Notes: generated by a model from the letters alone, not told the origin. DNA of 32,000 nt from Aliivibrio fischeri (GCF_009727955.1 NZ_WOBR01000003.1:86069-118068), one strand, 5' to 3'; positions 18,263 through 27,229 are shown, numbered from the stretch's first letter. A program made the numbers and translations.

Positions 18263-18271
18263 AACAGCCCC

Positions 18272-19324
18272 TTAGAAACGAAAACCAATAGTAAAATCAA
18301 CAGCTGCACCGCCAAACTTGCCAGTCACAACATCACCTTGGTGCTTACTCTTGTAAGAGTTCTTTTCAATATAAGCAACACCGATATCAAAAAAACCATT
18401 CTTCATATAGGCAAATTCAACACCTGAACGCATAGCGAAACTGTTCTTGCCTTCAACGAATTGAGAACCAGCACTGATATATACACTAGGAGCTGGCCAA
18501 GAAGGAGTTAAGGTGTATAAAACACGCCCTTCAATACCACCACCTTCAACATTGAATAAGTTATTTCTATCAGAATTTTGGAAGTAATTTGCAATAACAG
18601 CAAAATGCAAACGTTCACTAGGTAAATGACGAGTGTAATAACGAAGACTAAAATCAGTTACATTATTAAAAGCATCATGGCTTTCTCCATTAACTTTAGC
18701 ATCACCACTTAAGTCAATATAACTCATCGCAAATCCAAATTGATGTGGGTTTAATTCCTTCTTAATTTCTTCTTCCTTTTTAGTCATTAAATAACCATCA
18801 GCCCAAATCGTTTCGTTATTTTCGACCTGAACTAAAGAAAGGGTAATATTTTGAGAAGAATCACTTAGACCCATTCGCCACATTAAAAATGCATCAGATT
18901 GAATTTCTTTACCTAATAAACGCAACTCTTTATTACTTTCAAGTCCACGTTGATATTTAATGGATGTTTTTGTTAAATGAAGTCGAGTCTTATTACACTC
19001 AAGACAATCACGAACCAATAAACCTGATTCTTGCATCTTCGTGGTTAATAACGCATTGATATCATCAACTTGACTTTGAGTTACGTTATTATCAATCTTT
19101 CCTTGAAAGTAGATAGTTACAGAATTAATGTTTTTCTTCTCTGCAATATCTTTAATTGCAAACCAAGATTCATCACGTTCCAAAAAATCATAAATAGAAG
19201 AAGTTGATAATGAAAGTTCTGATGATGTCTTTATATTAGAAGACGCCACGGCCATATTACAAAAAATAACACCGCACAAAGTAATTAACAATTTTCTAAA
19301 CAAAATTTTACCTAAAATATACAC
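18272..19324 (-). CDS. putative outer-membrane protein with CsgG/FlgO-like N-terminal domain and C-terminal beta-barrel
   Basis: 350 aa. N-terminal half ends in LLGKEIQSDAFLMWRMGLSDSSQNITLSLVQVENNETIWADGY; C-terminal half has alternating strands and ends GKFGGAAVDFTIGFRF (terminal aromatic). The upstream end codon is GTG; a TTG at 19303 preceded by AGGTAAAAT is an alternative start. Confidence 0.6.
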   Translation of the reverse strand: MYILGKILFRKLLITLCGVIFCNMAVASSNIKTSSELSLSTSSIYDFLERDESWFAIKDIAEKKNINSVTIYFQGKIDNNVTQSQVDDINALLTTKMQESGLLVRDCLECNKTRLHLTKTSIKYQRGLESNKELRLLGKEIQSDAFLMWRMGLSDSSQNITLSLVQVENNETIWADGYLMTKKEEEIKKELNPHQFGFAMSYIDLSGDAKVNGESHDAFNNVTDFSLRYYTRHLPSERLHFAVIANYFQNSDRNNLFNVEGGGIEGRVLYTLTPSWPAPSVYISAGSQFVEGKNSFAMRSGVEFAYMKNGFFDIGVAYIEKNSYKSKHQGDVVTGKFGGAAVDFTIGFRF

Positions 19325-19343
19325 TAGCCAAATAATCCGGCGC

Positions 19344-19371
19344 AGTATACATTAAGTTTTAAATGCAACAA
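19344..19371 (-). promoter_or_regulatory. candidate sigma70-type promoter for the 14578..19324 operon
   Basis: Minus strand TTGTTG-N16-TATACT just upstream of the first gene. Confidence 0.4.
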
Positions 19372-19474
19372 CTAGCATAATCATCATGAAAACCCTCTTA
19401 CGAAAACAATAACAAAATAATATTAGATATCCGTGAAATATATTTATTTAATATATATTATTGATGGATATTAC

Positions 19475-19515
19475 AAAAAAAGGCCAATTCTGATTTTACA
19501 AAATTGACCTTTTTT
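19475..19515. terminator. terminator-like hairpin downstream of the sensor kinase gene
   Basis: AAAAAAAGGCCAATT ... AATTGACCTTTTTT, one mismatch in the GC part of the stem. Confidence 0.7.
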
Positions 19516-19538
19516 ATTAATGCTAGAGTCTGTATTTT

Positions 19539-20927
19539 TTAAACAGGAAACAACAACGATACTCTTAAACCGCCTTGTTTACGGTTTTCTGCAACAACTT
19601 GGCCTTTCATTACGGACATCGATTCTTTGACAATGGCTAAACCAAGTCCATACCCACCAGATTGCTTATCTCTGGCGGACTCTAGACGTGTGAATGGTGA
19701 GAATATATTTAAAAGCTGATCTTCTGGTATGCCCGGTCCATTATCTTCAACAATAATTGCAACGTGATTTTTCTCATTGCTCCGATATTCTGTGATAACA
19801 ACTTGAATAAGCGCATTATCGCCAGCGTACTTAATCGCATTTGTGATTAAGTTTTTAACCACTCGAGTTACTAAGCGAGGTTCAGCATGAACAACTGGAG
19901 CTTCTTTAGAGCAGATAAAATCCAAACATTGTGTCGGTCCTAAATCCATGCGGCTTTGAATCACTTGTGCGGAGATACAACTTTCAAGTAATACAAGTTC
20001 TAGCTTGGTGTTATAGCGAGAATTCTCTAATCGACTAAATTCTAAGATTTCTCCAACTAAATCATTCATCTCATTAGATTCATTTTCCAAACGGTTAACT
20101 AAGTGAATATAATCAGGATCAACCTTCTTTTTTAATAAATGAAGCGCAAGATTATGCCGAGCTAATGGGGTTCTTAACTCATGCGAAACATCACGAATAA
20201 GTCGCTGTTGCTTTTCTGCTAGCGAGTGAATTTCATGCGTCATGTTATCAAAATCATGAGCTAATTCACTGAACTCTCGAACCGAATTTCCAATTTCGTC
20301 ACTCACCTTTACGTCAAAATCACCTTGAGCAAGCTTATGACTAACCTCTCTCAACTTATCTAAAGGTCGCTGTAAATATCGTGCAATAACCCAAGAGAAT
20401 AACCCTAATATCAATACAGAAATAACTAGCTTAATAATCCCAAAATAAAGAGGAAAATTATTAGCAGGGTGATATTGATACGGCATTTGAATCACAATAG
20501 TTAATCCGTTTTCTAATGGAATACCAATAATGGGTTGATTAACTTCATTATCCAATTGCGTATTTAAAGGGCGTAAAAATTTCAGTTTAAACTCAAAATG
20601 AGGATGCATATCGCGGTGTGTAATTGGGCGGTTATTTTGGTCCAAAACAAATAAATAGTACTCTTGTGCACTCGCCCAATCCGCTAACTCATCCATATCC
20701 CCTTCTTCGATCAAGATATTTGCCTGCTCGGCCAAATCCAACATCTTAGTCTGAATAGAGCTAGGAATACGGAGCATAGATTTCATCAACGCAATTTCGG
20801 CCAAGCTCTGCAAAGAGATAATTAAAAATAAACTCACAGCAAAAGCACTAAATAGACGAAATGCTAGGCCATTTTTATATTTGCAAATAAAAGAGGGACA
20901 CGACTCAAACCATCGAAGCAACGTCAT
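19539..20927 (-). CDS. sensor histidine kinase (CpxA-like)
   Basis: Two TMs, HAMP, RDVSHELRTPLARH H-box, NLITNAIKYA N-box, DNGPGIP, GGYGLGLAIV. Confidence 0.88.
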   Translation of the reverse strand: MTLLRWFESCPSFICKYKNGLAFRLFSAFAVSLFLIISLQSLAEIALMKSMLRIPSSIQTKMLDLAEQANILIEEGDMDELADWASAQEYYLFVLDQNNRPITHRDMHPHFEFKLKFLRPLNTQLDNEVNQPIIGIPLENGLTIVIQMPYQYHPANNFPLYFGIIKLVISVLILGLFSWVIARYLQRPLDKLREVSHKLAQGDFDVKVSDEIGNSVREFSELAHDFDNMTHEIHSLAEKQQRLIRDVSHELRTPLARHNLALHLLKKKVDPDYIHLVNRLENESNEMNDLVGEILEFSRLENSRYNTKLELVLLESCISAQVIQSRMDLGPTQCLDFICSKEAPVVHAEPRLVTRVVKNLITNAIKYAGDNALIQVVITEYRSNEKNHVAIIVEDNGPGIPEDQLLNIFSPFTRLESARDKQSGGYGLGLAIVKESMSVMKGQVVAENRKQGGLRVSLLFPV

Positions 20928-20932
20928 TCCGC

Positions 20933-21598
20933 CTATCCATTAACCACTTTGATAAAGCTATAACCACGTCCGCGAACCGTTTTAATATGCTGTTTCGATA
21001 AGCCTGATTGCAATAGTTTGCGGCGAATATTGCTGATATGCATATCCAAATTACGATCAAATGGACATAACTCTTTTTTCAAAATATTGGTTTGTAAATC
21101 GGCTTTAGATACGACAACGTCCGTATTTTTAATTAAATATTGCAGTAACTCTGATTCCGTTTCAGTTAAAGGTAAACGTAAGAATTGTTCCGCTAAATCT
21201 TCTGTTGCACCTACATAGCTTTGACGCTGACGTTCAAGTCCTACACGACGTAAAATCGCAGTGATCCTTGCAAGCAACTCTGGCACATTAAAAGGTTTTG
21301 CAATGAAATGATCTGCACCCGCTTGTAATCCATCAAGCATAGACGCTTCATCGCCTAAAGCCGTAAGCATAAGGATAGGGGTAGCAAAACGCTGACATAT
21401 ACGGCGAGCCACTTGGTAACCATCTAGCTTTGGTAACATTACATCAAGCAAAACGAGATCTATGGAGTGCGTTTGAATAAATTCCAGAGCACTTTCGCCA
21501 CAATGTACGCAATCGACATCATAGCCTTCATCTTGTAATACTTCTTGCAACAAATTGCATAACTCAATGTCGTCATCAACAACTAAAATACGGGACAC
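20933..21598 (-). CDS. OmpR/PhoB-family response regulator (CpxR-like)
   Basis: Receiver (ILVVDDDIELC, DLVLLDVMLPKLDG) and winged-helix (VSKADLQTNILKK...RNIRRKL-type HISNIRRKLLQ...TVRGRGYSF); paired with kinase. Confidence 0.9.
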   Translation of the reverse strand: MSRILVVDDDIELCNLLQEVLQDEGYDVDCVHCGESALEFIQTHSIDLVLLDVMLPKLDGYQVARRICQRFATPILMLTALGDEASMLDGLQAGADHFIAKPFNVPELLARITAILRRVGLERQRQSYVGATEDLAEQFLRLPLTETESELLQYLIKNTDVVVSKADLQTNILKKELCPFDRNLDMHISNIRRKLLQSGLSKQHIKTVRGRGYSFIKVVNG

Positions 21599-21697
21599 GT
21601 TTATTTACCATTTAAATGAAAATCGTTCGCATTCTAGTCGTCAGCAATTAAGAGTGCAATAGCGAATTGAATTAAGCGACGGAACACAAAAATAAAG

Positions 21698-21713
21698 ATG
21701 ACAAAAATGTCAT
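21698..21713. promoter_or_regulatory. candidate operator in divergent intergenic region
   Basis: Inverted repeat ATGAC-N6-GTCAT between the cpxR-like gene and the divergent small secreted protein gene. Confidence 0.3.
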
Positions 21714-21792
21714 TCAATAGACCCTTTGTTGTCACCATCACTCGATTATGATGAACCTACTTAAACAAGAAAAGCTCATTAAGGAGTCTATT

Positions 21793-22173
21793 ATGAAATC
21801 ATTCAAATCACTTGCTTTAACTACTCTAATTATTGTTGCAAGCTCAAGCGCAATGGCAAATCCAGTAATCACAAGCGGTAATTACATTAGCAAAAGTAAC
21901 AGTACTGTAATTCATACTGATAACCTATCAACAAAACAAGCGGCTTATAATCAAGCATTAACAAAATTGAATCAATTAGATAAAAGTACGCCAAAAGAAC
22001 TGAAAAAAGCCCTAAAAGTCGCATCATTTGAATCAACAACAACGCAAAGCATTAGCTTAGATGATAATAGCTATATTACCGTTCAAGAAACAATGAACAT
22101 GCAAGGGCAAATACAATACACGGGATTAATTCATGCGAGTTATCATTATTTAGAACGTAACTCAAATGACTAA
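21793..22173 (+). CDS. small secreted protein, possibly DUF3316 family
   Basis: SD AAGGAG upstream of ATG 21793; signal peptide MKSFKSLALTTLIIVASSSAMANP. Family name is from memory. Confidence 0.65.
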   Translation: MKSFKSLALTTLIIVASSSAMANPVITSGNYISKSNSTVIHTDNLSTKQAAYNQALTKLNQLDKSTPKELKKALKVASFESTTTQSISLDDNSYITVQETMNMQGQIQYTGLIHASYHYLERNSND

Positions 22174-22277
22174 TTTTTTATGTTATTTTATTTAAATCAA
22201 CGTGTCATCTAAGAACGATACGTCTATATTGTATTGATAACCATTGATTATTCTCCACGCATTAAAGAAGTAAGAAT

Positions 22278-22961
22278 ATGAAACTACTTATTATTGAAGA
22301 TGAAACTAAAACAGGAGAATACCTAAAAAAGGGGTTAACAGAATCAGGCTATACTGTTGACCTATCACAAGATGGTGCTGACGGTCTATATAATGCGACC
22401 ACCAATCAATACGACTTAATCATCTTAGATGTCATGTTACCTAAGCTAAATGGTTGGCAAATTCTACAAACACTACGAAATTGTGAAAATAATACGCCAA
22501 TCATTATGCTAACTGCCAAAGATCAAATTGACGATAGAGTAAAAGGGTTTGAGTTAGGAGCAAATGATTACCTTATTAAACCCTTTGCTTTTGCTGAACT
22601 AAAAGCCCGCATTGAAAATGCCCTTCGCGCAAAATCCGTAACATCACAAGCTTCATTATCAAATCAATTGGTCTTACTTGATTTACAACTGGATCTATTA
22701 AAACGAACCGCAACAAGAAACCAAGACAACATTACCCTTACAGCGAAAGAGTTTTCATTACTCGAACTGTTTATGCGTAAACAAGGGGAAGTATTATCAA
22801 GAACAACAATCGCTTCCCTGATTTGGGACATGAATTTTGATAGTGATACCAATGTCATTGATGTCGCGGTGAAACGACTTAGAGCTAAAATAGATAAGCC
22901 CTACGACACGCCACTAATTCATACTGTTCGCGGTATGGGCTATAAAATGGATGAATGCTAA
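22278..22961 (+). CDS. OmpR-family response regulator, CusR/CopR-like
   Basis: MKLLIIEDETKTGEYLKKGLTESGYTVDLSQDGADGLYNATTNQYDLIILDVMLPKLNGW; C-terminal wHTH ending VRGMGYKMD. Confidence 0.9.
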   Translation: MKLLIIEDETKTGEYLKKGLTESGYTVDLSQDGADGLYNATTNQYDLIILDVMLPKLNGWQILQTLRNCENNTPIIMLTAKDQIDDRVKGFELGANDYLIKPFAFAELKARIENALRAKSVTSQASLSNQLVLLDLQLDLLKRTATRNQDNITLTAKEFSLLELFMRKQGEVLSRTTIASLIWDMNFDSDTNVIDVAVKRLRAKIDKPYDTPLIHTVRGMGYKMDEC

Positions 22962-24306
22962 TTATATGAAAAAACATTACTTATCAATGAAACTAAAACT
23001 GACATTAATGTTTTTCTCTACCTCGGTATTTGTCTTTATTGGCTTAGGTTTCGCCATTCAATATCTCGTCCAATCTCATTTTTATGAAGAAGATCTTCGC
23101 TTAATTAACGCCAACCGTACTTCCATTTTTGTTTTATTAGAAAACGAAGGAATCACCAGCAGCGAAATTTTTGCTTCATTAAAAAGTCGTGGCATTAATA
23201 TTTGGATTGCCAATGATAATGGCACATTGACACAAAATACCAATGTGATCCCCAATGACAGTGCGTTTAAACAATCAAAGAAAATCAACGAATGGACTTA
23301 TGCAGGAAGTACATTTAGAACACTCTACTACCCACTAGAAAATGAGAATAATTATACTGGGCTGCTTATTGGAATTAATATTGATCACCACATTGAGTTC
23401 AATAAAAGACTAAAAGGCATTTTAATATGGTCCATTAGTATCGCGAGTCTCCTCTCTTTCATTTACAGCTTTATCATCGTAAATATGGGCTTTAAACCTC
23501 TGCAATATTTACAAGATCGCATCAAGCAAGTGCAACCAAATAAGTTAAGCATTCGGTTATCCGATGAACACTTACCTAATGAGTTAATTGAACTTGCTAA
23601 AATACAAAACCAAATGCTGGACAGGTTAGAGCTTGGATTTGAACGTCTCAGCGATTTTTCATCCGATATTGCTCATGAGTTAAAAACGCCGCTCTCAAAT
23701 ATGATGACTCAAACCCATGTCACCTTATCGCAACCAAGAACACCTTATGAATATCAAGAGATCTTATCTTCAAACTTAGAAGAATTAGAACGCATTAATA
23801 AAACCATTAACGATACCTTGTATCTTGCTAAATCTGAAAATGATTTATTATTAAAAGACAATATGCAATTAGATCTGAAACAGCTCTTCTCCCCTATTAT
23901 CGAGTATTACAGCATTGTCTCTGAAGAGACAGGAGTAACGATTCATCTATCGGGAAATGGCTCTCTTTGGGGCGATAAATCCATGATTCAACGCGTAGCA
24001 AATAACCTACTCTCTAACGCTATACGTCACTCTGCGCCCGATAGCGATATTCAAATTAAGATTGAAGAAAACCAAAATAACATCGTGCTATCTATCTCGA
24101 ATATGGGTGATGAAATTCCTGATAAAGATTTACCTTTTATTTTTGAACGCTTTTATCGAGCAGATAAATCCAGACAACATTCAAGTAGCACTGGAGCTGG
24201 CTTAGGACTAACCATTGTACGCTCAATTGTGAACCTACATAACGGTGATATTTCCGTTCAATCGGAAGGAAAGAAAACCACCTTTTTGCTTACCTTTCCT
24301 TTATAG
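22951..24306 (+). CDS. sensor histidine kinase, CusS-like
   Basis: Two TMs, SDIAHELKTPLSNMMTQ, NNLLSNAIRHS, GAGLGLTIVRSIV; overlaps the regulator gene. Start may be ATG 22966. Confidence 0.9.
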   Translation: MNANYMKKHYLSMKLKLTLMFFSTSVFVFIGLGFAIQYLVQSHFYEEDLRLINANRTSIFVLLENEGITSSEIFASLKSRGINIWIANDNGTLTQNTNVIPNDSAFKQSKKINEWTYAGSTFRTLYYPLENENNYTGLLIGINIDHHIEFNKRLKGILIWSISIASLLSFIYSFIIVNMGFKPLQYLQDRIKQVQPNKLSIRLSDEHLPNELIELAKIQNQMLDRLELGFERLSDFSSDIAHELKTPLSNMMTQTHVTLSQPRTPYEYQEILSSNLEELERINKTINDTLYLAKSENDLLLKDNMQLDLKQLFSPIIEYYSIVSEETGVTIHLSGNGSLWGDKSMIQRVANNLLSNAIRHSAPDSDIQIKIEENQNNIVLSISNMGDEIPDKDLPFIFERFYRADKSRQHSSSTGAGLGLTIVRSIVNLHNGDISVQSEGKKTTFLLTFPL

Positions 24307-24323
24307 CTCTTAAATCAATATAC

Positions 24324-24797
24324 CTATTTATTTGACTCTAATGCCAATAATTTTTCTTTAATATCAACGCCACCAGCATAGCCAGTTAAGCTACCATTCT
24401 TACCAATCACACGATGGCAGGGAACAATAATGGAGATAGGATTTTTGCCATTAGCACCACCCACCGCTTGAGACGCTTTTGGATTACCTACCGCAATGGC
24501 AAGATCTTTATAACACCACGTTTCACCATAAGGGATTGTAGTTAGTGCTTTCCATACCTTATTTTGAAACTCCGTTCCTTTAGCCGCTAACGGAATAGAA
24601 AATTCACGACGTTCACCACAAAAATATTCTTGTAACTGAAGAACGGTAAGTTTCAGAATAGGATGATCATCTACTTGCGTTCCAAAATCACTTAATTCCA
24701 TCTCATGGCTTTCAAACCAAACACCAAGTAAGCCATCATCATTCGCGTTAGCAGTCACAAGACCTAATGGACTTTCAAATTGAGTATAAACATTCAT
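24324..24797 (-). CDS. ogt: methylated-DNA--[protein]-cysteine S-methyltransferase
   Basis: Active site motif IIVPCHRVIGKNGSLTGYAGG. Confidence 0.95.
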   Translation of the reverse strand: MNVYTQFESPLGLVTANANDDGLLGVWFESHEMELSDFGTQVDDHPILKLTVLQLQEYFCGERREFSIPLAAKGTEFQNKVWKALTTIPYGETWCYKDLAIAVGNPKASQAVGGANGKNPISIIVPCHRVIGKNGSLTGYAGGVDIKEKLLALESNK

Positions 24798-24821
24798 TTA
24801 ATTATTCCTTTTTTGTATTAA

Positions 24822-25133
24822 CTACTTATTCTCATTAGCATCACTGGCTTCATCAAAACAACATTCATCTTGCAAGAAATCGATTACCGAAGTGAGCTTT
24901 TCATATTCAGCAACACAAAATAAAGTACGACCTTCTCGGCGCTGTGTAATTAATCCAGCAGAGACTAATCCTGATACATGATGTGACAATGTAGAACCTG
25001 GAATATTCAATTTTTCTTGTAATCCACCCACAGCAATTCCTTGATAACCCGCACGTACAACCCCTTTATAAATAGCCAAACGTGTCGGATGTCCTAATTC
25101 TTTCAATGCTTTAGCAACAATTTCGATATCCAT
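24822..25133 (-). CDS. ArsR-family transcriptional regulator
   Basis: ALKELGHPTRLAIYKGVV...LNIPGSTLSHHVSGLVSAGLITQRREGRTLFC; C-terminal Cys pair (DECC). Confidence 0.88.
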   Translation of the reverse strand: MDIEIVAKALKELGHPTRLAIYKGVVRAGYQGIAVGGLQEKLNIPGSTLSHHVSGLVSAGLITQRREGRTLFCVAEYEKLTSVIDFLQDECCFDEASDANENK

Positions 25134-25156
25134 GATTTATTCCTCATCAAGTTTAT

Positions 25157-25229
25157 ATTTCGATATTACTAGAAATAAGTTGATCACGCTAATTTAAAAG
25201 CGTATATTTCGATTATTCCAGAAATATAG
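25157..25229. promoter_or_regulatory. two tandem operator-like repeats, probable ArsR-family binding sites
   Basis: TATATTTCGATATTACTAGAAATA (25157-25180) and TATATTTCGATTATTCCAGAAATA (25206-25229): 20/24 identical, each with TATTTC-N10-GAAATA dyad. Confidence 0.6.
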
Positions 25230-25240
25230 AGATTTGAGTT

Positions 25241-26161
25241 ATGTTCACAATTACACAAGACATGGTGATGGATACCCTAAATATGTTTGCATTTTTAGCA
25301 GCAGAGCTAACCGTGCTTTTTCTTTTAATTAGTTACCTCGTTGGCGTTTTGCAGGAGTACATTCCACCTTCAAAAATCCAAAGTATCTTGAGTGGTAAAA
25401 ATGGCAGAGGTTATTTTGTTGCGGGTTTATTAGGTGCGATTACCCCATTCTGCTCATGCTCAACGATTCCTTTCTTAAAAGGTTTACTTCGAGCAAAAGC
25501 TGGATTTGGTACCATGATGGTATTCTTATTTGCAAGCCCGCTACTTAACCCTATTATTATTGGGTTATTCACCGTTACTTTCGGTATTAAAGTGACCGTT
25601 TTCTACTTTGCTATTGCAATGGGTGTATCAGTCATTGCTGGTTACTTACTAGAAAAACTTGGTTTTGAAAAATACGTAAAAGAAAGTGCCTACATTGCAC
25701 CAGAACCAAAATGTTGTGGTTCAACTTGTGGCGGAGAGAAAAAAGCACCTCAAAGCAAATGGATGAGAATTTGGAACAGTACATGGAGTGATTTCAAAAA
25801 AGTACTGCCTTATTTAATCGGTGGTATTGCTCTTGGTTCGATGATCTACGGTTTTATGCCAACAGAGTTTGTCGCTAAAGTGGCAAGTGAAAATAACCCA
25901 TTTGCTATTCCTGTGGCTGCGGTTATTGGTATTCCACTATACATTCGAGCTGAAGCGGTTATCCCTCTGAGTGCGGCATTAGCAGCAAAAGGGATGAGTC
26001 TTGGGGCGGTTATGGCACTCATTATCGGCAGTGCTGGTGCAAGTTTAACTGAAGTGATTTTATTGAAATCTATCTTCAAAAATCAAATGATTATTGCCTT
26101 CCTAACCGTAATTTTAGGAATGGCAATGGGTGCAGGCTTCTTGTACCAATTTATTTTCTAA
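25241..26161 (+). CDS. permease, ArsP / DUF318 family
   Basis: FCSCSTIPFLKGLLRAKAGFGTMMVFLFASPLLNPIIIGLF, duplicated TM halves, Cys-rich cytoplasmic loop PEPKCCGSTCGGEKK. Confidence 0.88.
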   Translation: MFTITQDMVMDTLNMFAFLAAELTVLFLLISYLVGVLQEYIPPSKIQSILSGKNGRGYFVAGLLGAITPFCSCSTIPFLKGLLRAKAGFGTMMVFLFASPLLNPIIIGLFTVTFGIKVTVFYFAIAMGVSVIAGYLLEKLGFEKYVKESAYIAPEPKCCGSTCGGEKKAPQSKWMRIWNSTWSDFKKVLPYLIGGIALGSMIYGFMPTEFVAKVASENNPFAIPVAAVIGIPLYIRAEAVIPLSAALAAKGMSLGAVMALIIGSAGASLTEVILLKSIFKNQMIIAFLTVILGMAMGAGFLYQFIF

Positions 26162-26180
26162 TCACTCTTAAACTTAAACG

Positions 26181-26213
26181 AAAAGCCATATCATAGACTT
26201 TGATATGGCTTTT
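26181..26213. terminator. rho-independent terminator
   Basis: AAAAGCCATATCA-TAGACTT-TGATATGGCTTTT perfect 13-bp stem, T tract. Confidence 0.85.
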
Positions 26214-26310
26214 TTATTCCCCTTAGATAATTACAATGTTGATCTGTATCAATAGCTTTCAAGGTGTGTTTTAATTCACAACAACACCATCGACATCAAT
26301 AAGGAACGAC

Positions 26311-27189
26311 ATGGAAATCACTAACGTTAGTTTTATCGGTTTGGGCGTTATGGGCTACCCAATGGCTCGCCATCTTAAAAATGCAGGTTATTCTACGACG
26401 GTTTACAATCGCACCGAGGCGAAGGCAAAACAATGGGCTACAGAATACAACGGACAATCCGCTCCTACTCCACGTGAAGCCTCTGAAGGCTCAGATATCG
26501 TATTTGTTTGCGTGGGAAATGATAACGATGTTCGTAGCGTAATTTATGGTGACGATGGTGTACTGGCCGGGCTAAAACCTGGTGCCATCTTAGTAGATAA
26601 CACAACAACATCAGCGACACTAGCAATCGAATTAGCAAAAGCCTGTGAAGCACAAGGTAACCAATTTATTGATGCTCCAGTCTCTGGAGGACAAGCTGGT
26701 GCTGAAAATGGTGTATTAACCGTAATGTGCGGTGGTAATGAAGCGGCTTTCAATATCGCAAAACCCGTTATTCAAAGTTTTGCAAAAGCCATTACACTTC
26801 TCGGTGAAAACGGTCAAGGCCAACGCTGTAAAATGGCAAACCAGATCTGTATTGCTGGTGTATTAAAAGGATTAAGTGAAGCATTGATCCTTGCTGAAAA
26901 ATCCAACCTAGATATTGACCTTGTTGTTGAAACATTAAAACACGGTGCAGCAGGCTCTTGGCAGATGGAAAATCGCGCAAGTACCATGGCTCAAGATAAA
27001 TTCGATTTTGGTTTTGCCATTGACTGGATGCGAAAAGATCTTGGTATTTGTCTAGATGAAGCGAAAGCTAATGGTATTTCACTTCCATTAACGGAAGAAG
27101 TAGATAAAGAATACCAAAGCTTACAAGAACAAGGCTTAGGCAGAATGGATACATCAGTATTAATTAAAGCCATTAAAGATAAAATTTAA
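26311..27189 (+). CDS. NAD(P)-dependent beta-hydroxyacid dehydrogenase family (3-hydroxyisobutyrate DH / tartronate semialdehyde reductase-like)
   Basis: Rossmann start VSFIGLGVMGYPMARHLKNAGY; DAPVSGGQAGAENGVLTVMCGG; KMANQICIAGVLKGLSEAL. Confidence 0.9.
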   Translation: MEITNVSFIGLGVMGYPMARHLKNAGYSTTVYNRTEAKAKQWATEYNGQSAPTPREASEGSDIVFVCVGNDNDVRSVIYGDDGVLAGLKPGAILVDNTTTSATLAIELAKACEAQGNQFIDAPVSGGQAGAENGVLTVMCGGNEAAFNIAKPVIQSFAKAITLLGENGQGQRCKMANQICIAGVLKGLSEALILAEKSNLDIDLVVETLKHGAAGSWQMENRASTMAQDKFDFGFAIDWMRKDLGICLDEAKANGISLPLTEEVDKEYQSLQEQGLGRMDTSVLIKAIKDKI

Positions 27190-27229
27190 ATCTTAATACC
27201 AAGCAGTGTAAATATAAGAATATAAAAAA

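Noticed and set aside
19372-19475. Possible sigma54 promoter for the motor operon (minus strand TTGCATT near 19360-19366)
   Set aside because: The -12-like TTGCA has no matching GG element at the required upstream spacing; the TTGTTG-N16-TATACT sigma70-type match is better.
26465-27173. Minus-strand ORFs inside the dehydrogenase gene
   Set aside because: Opposite a well-supported Rossmann-family CDS; shadow ORFs.
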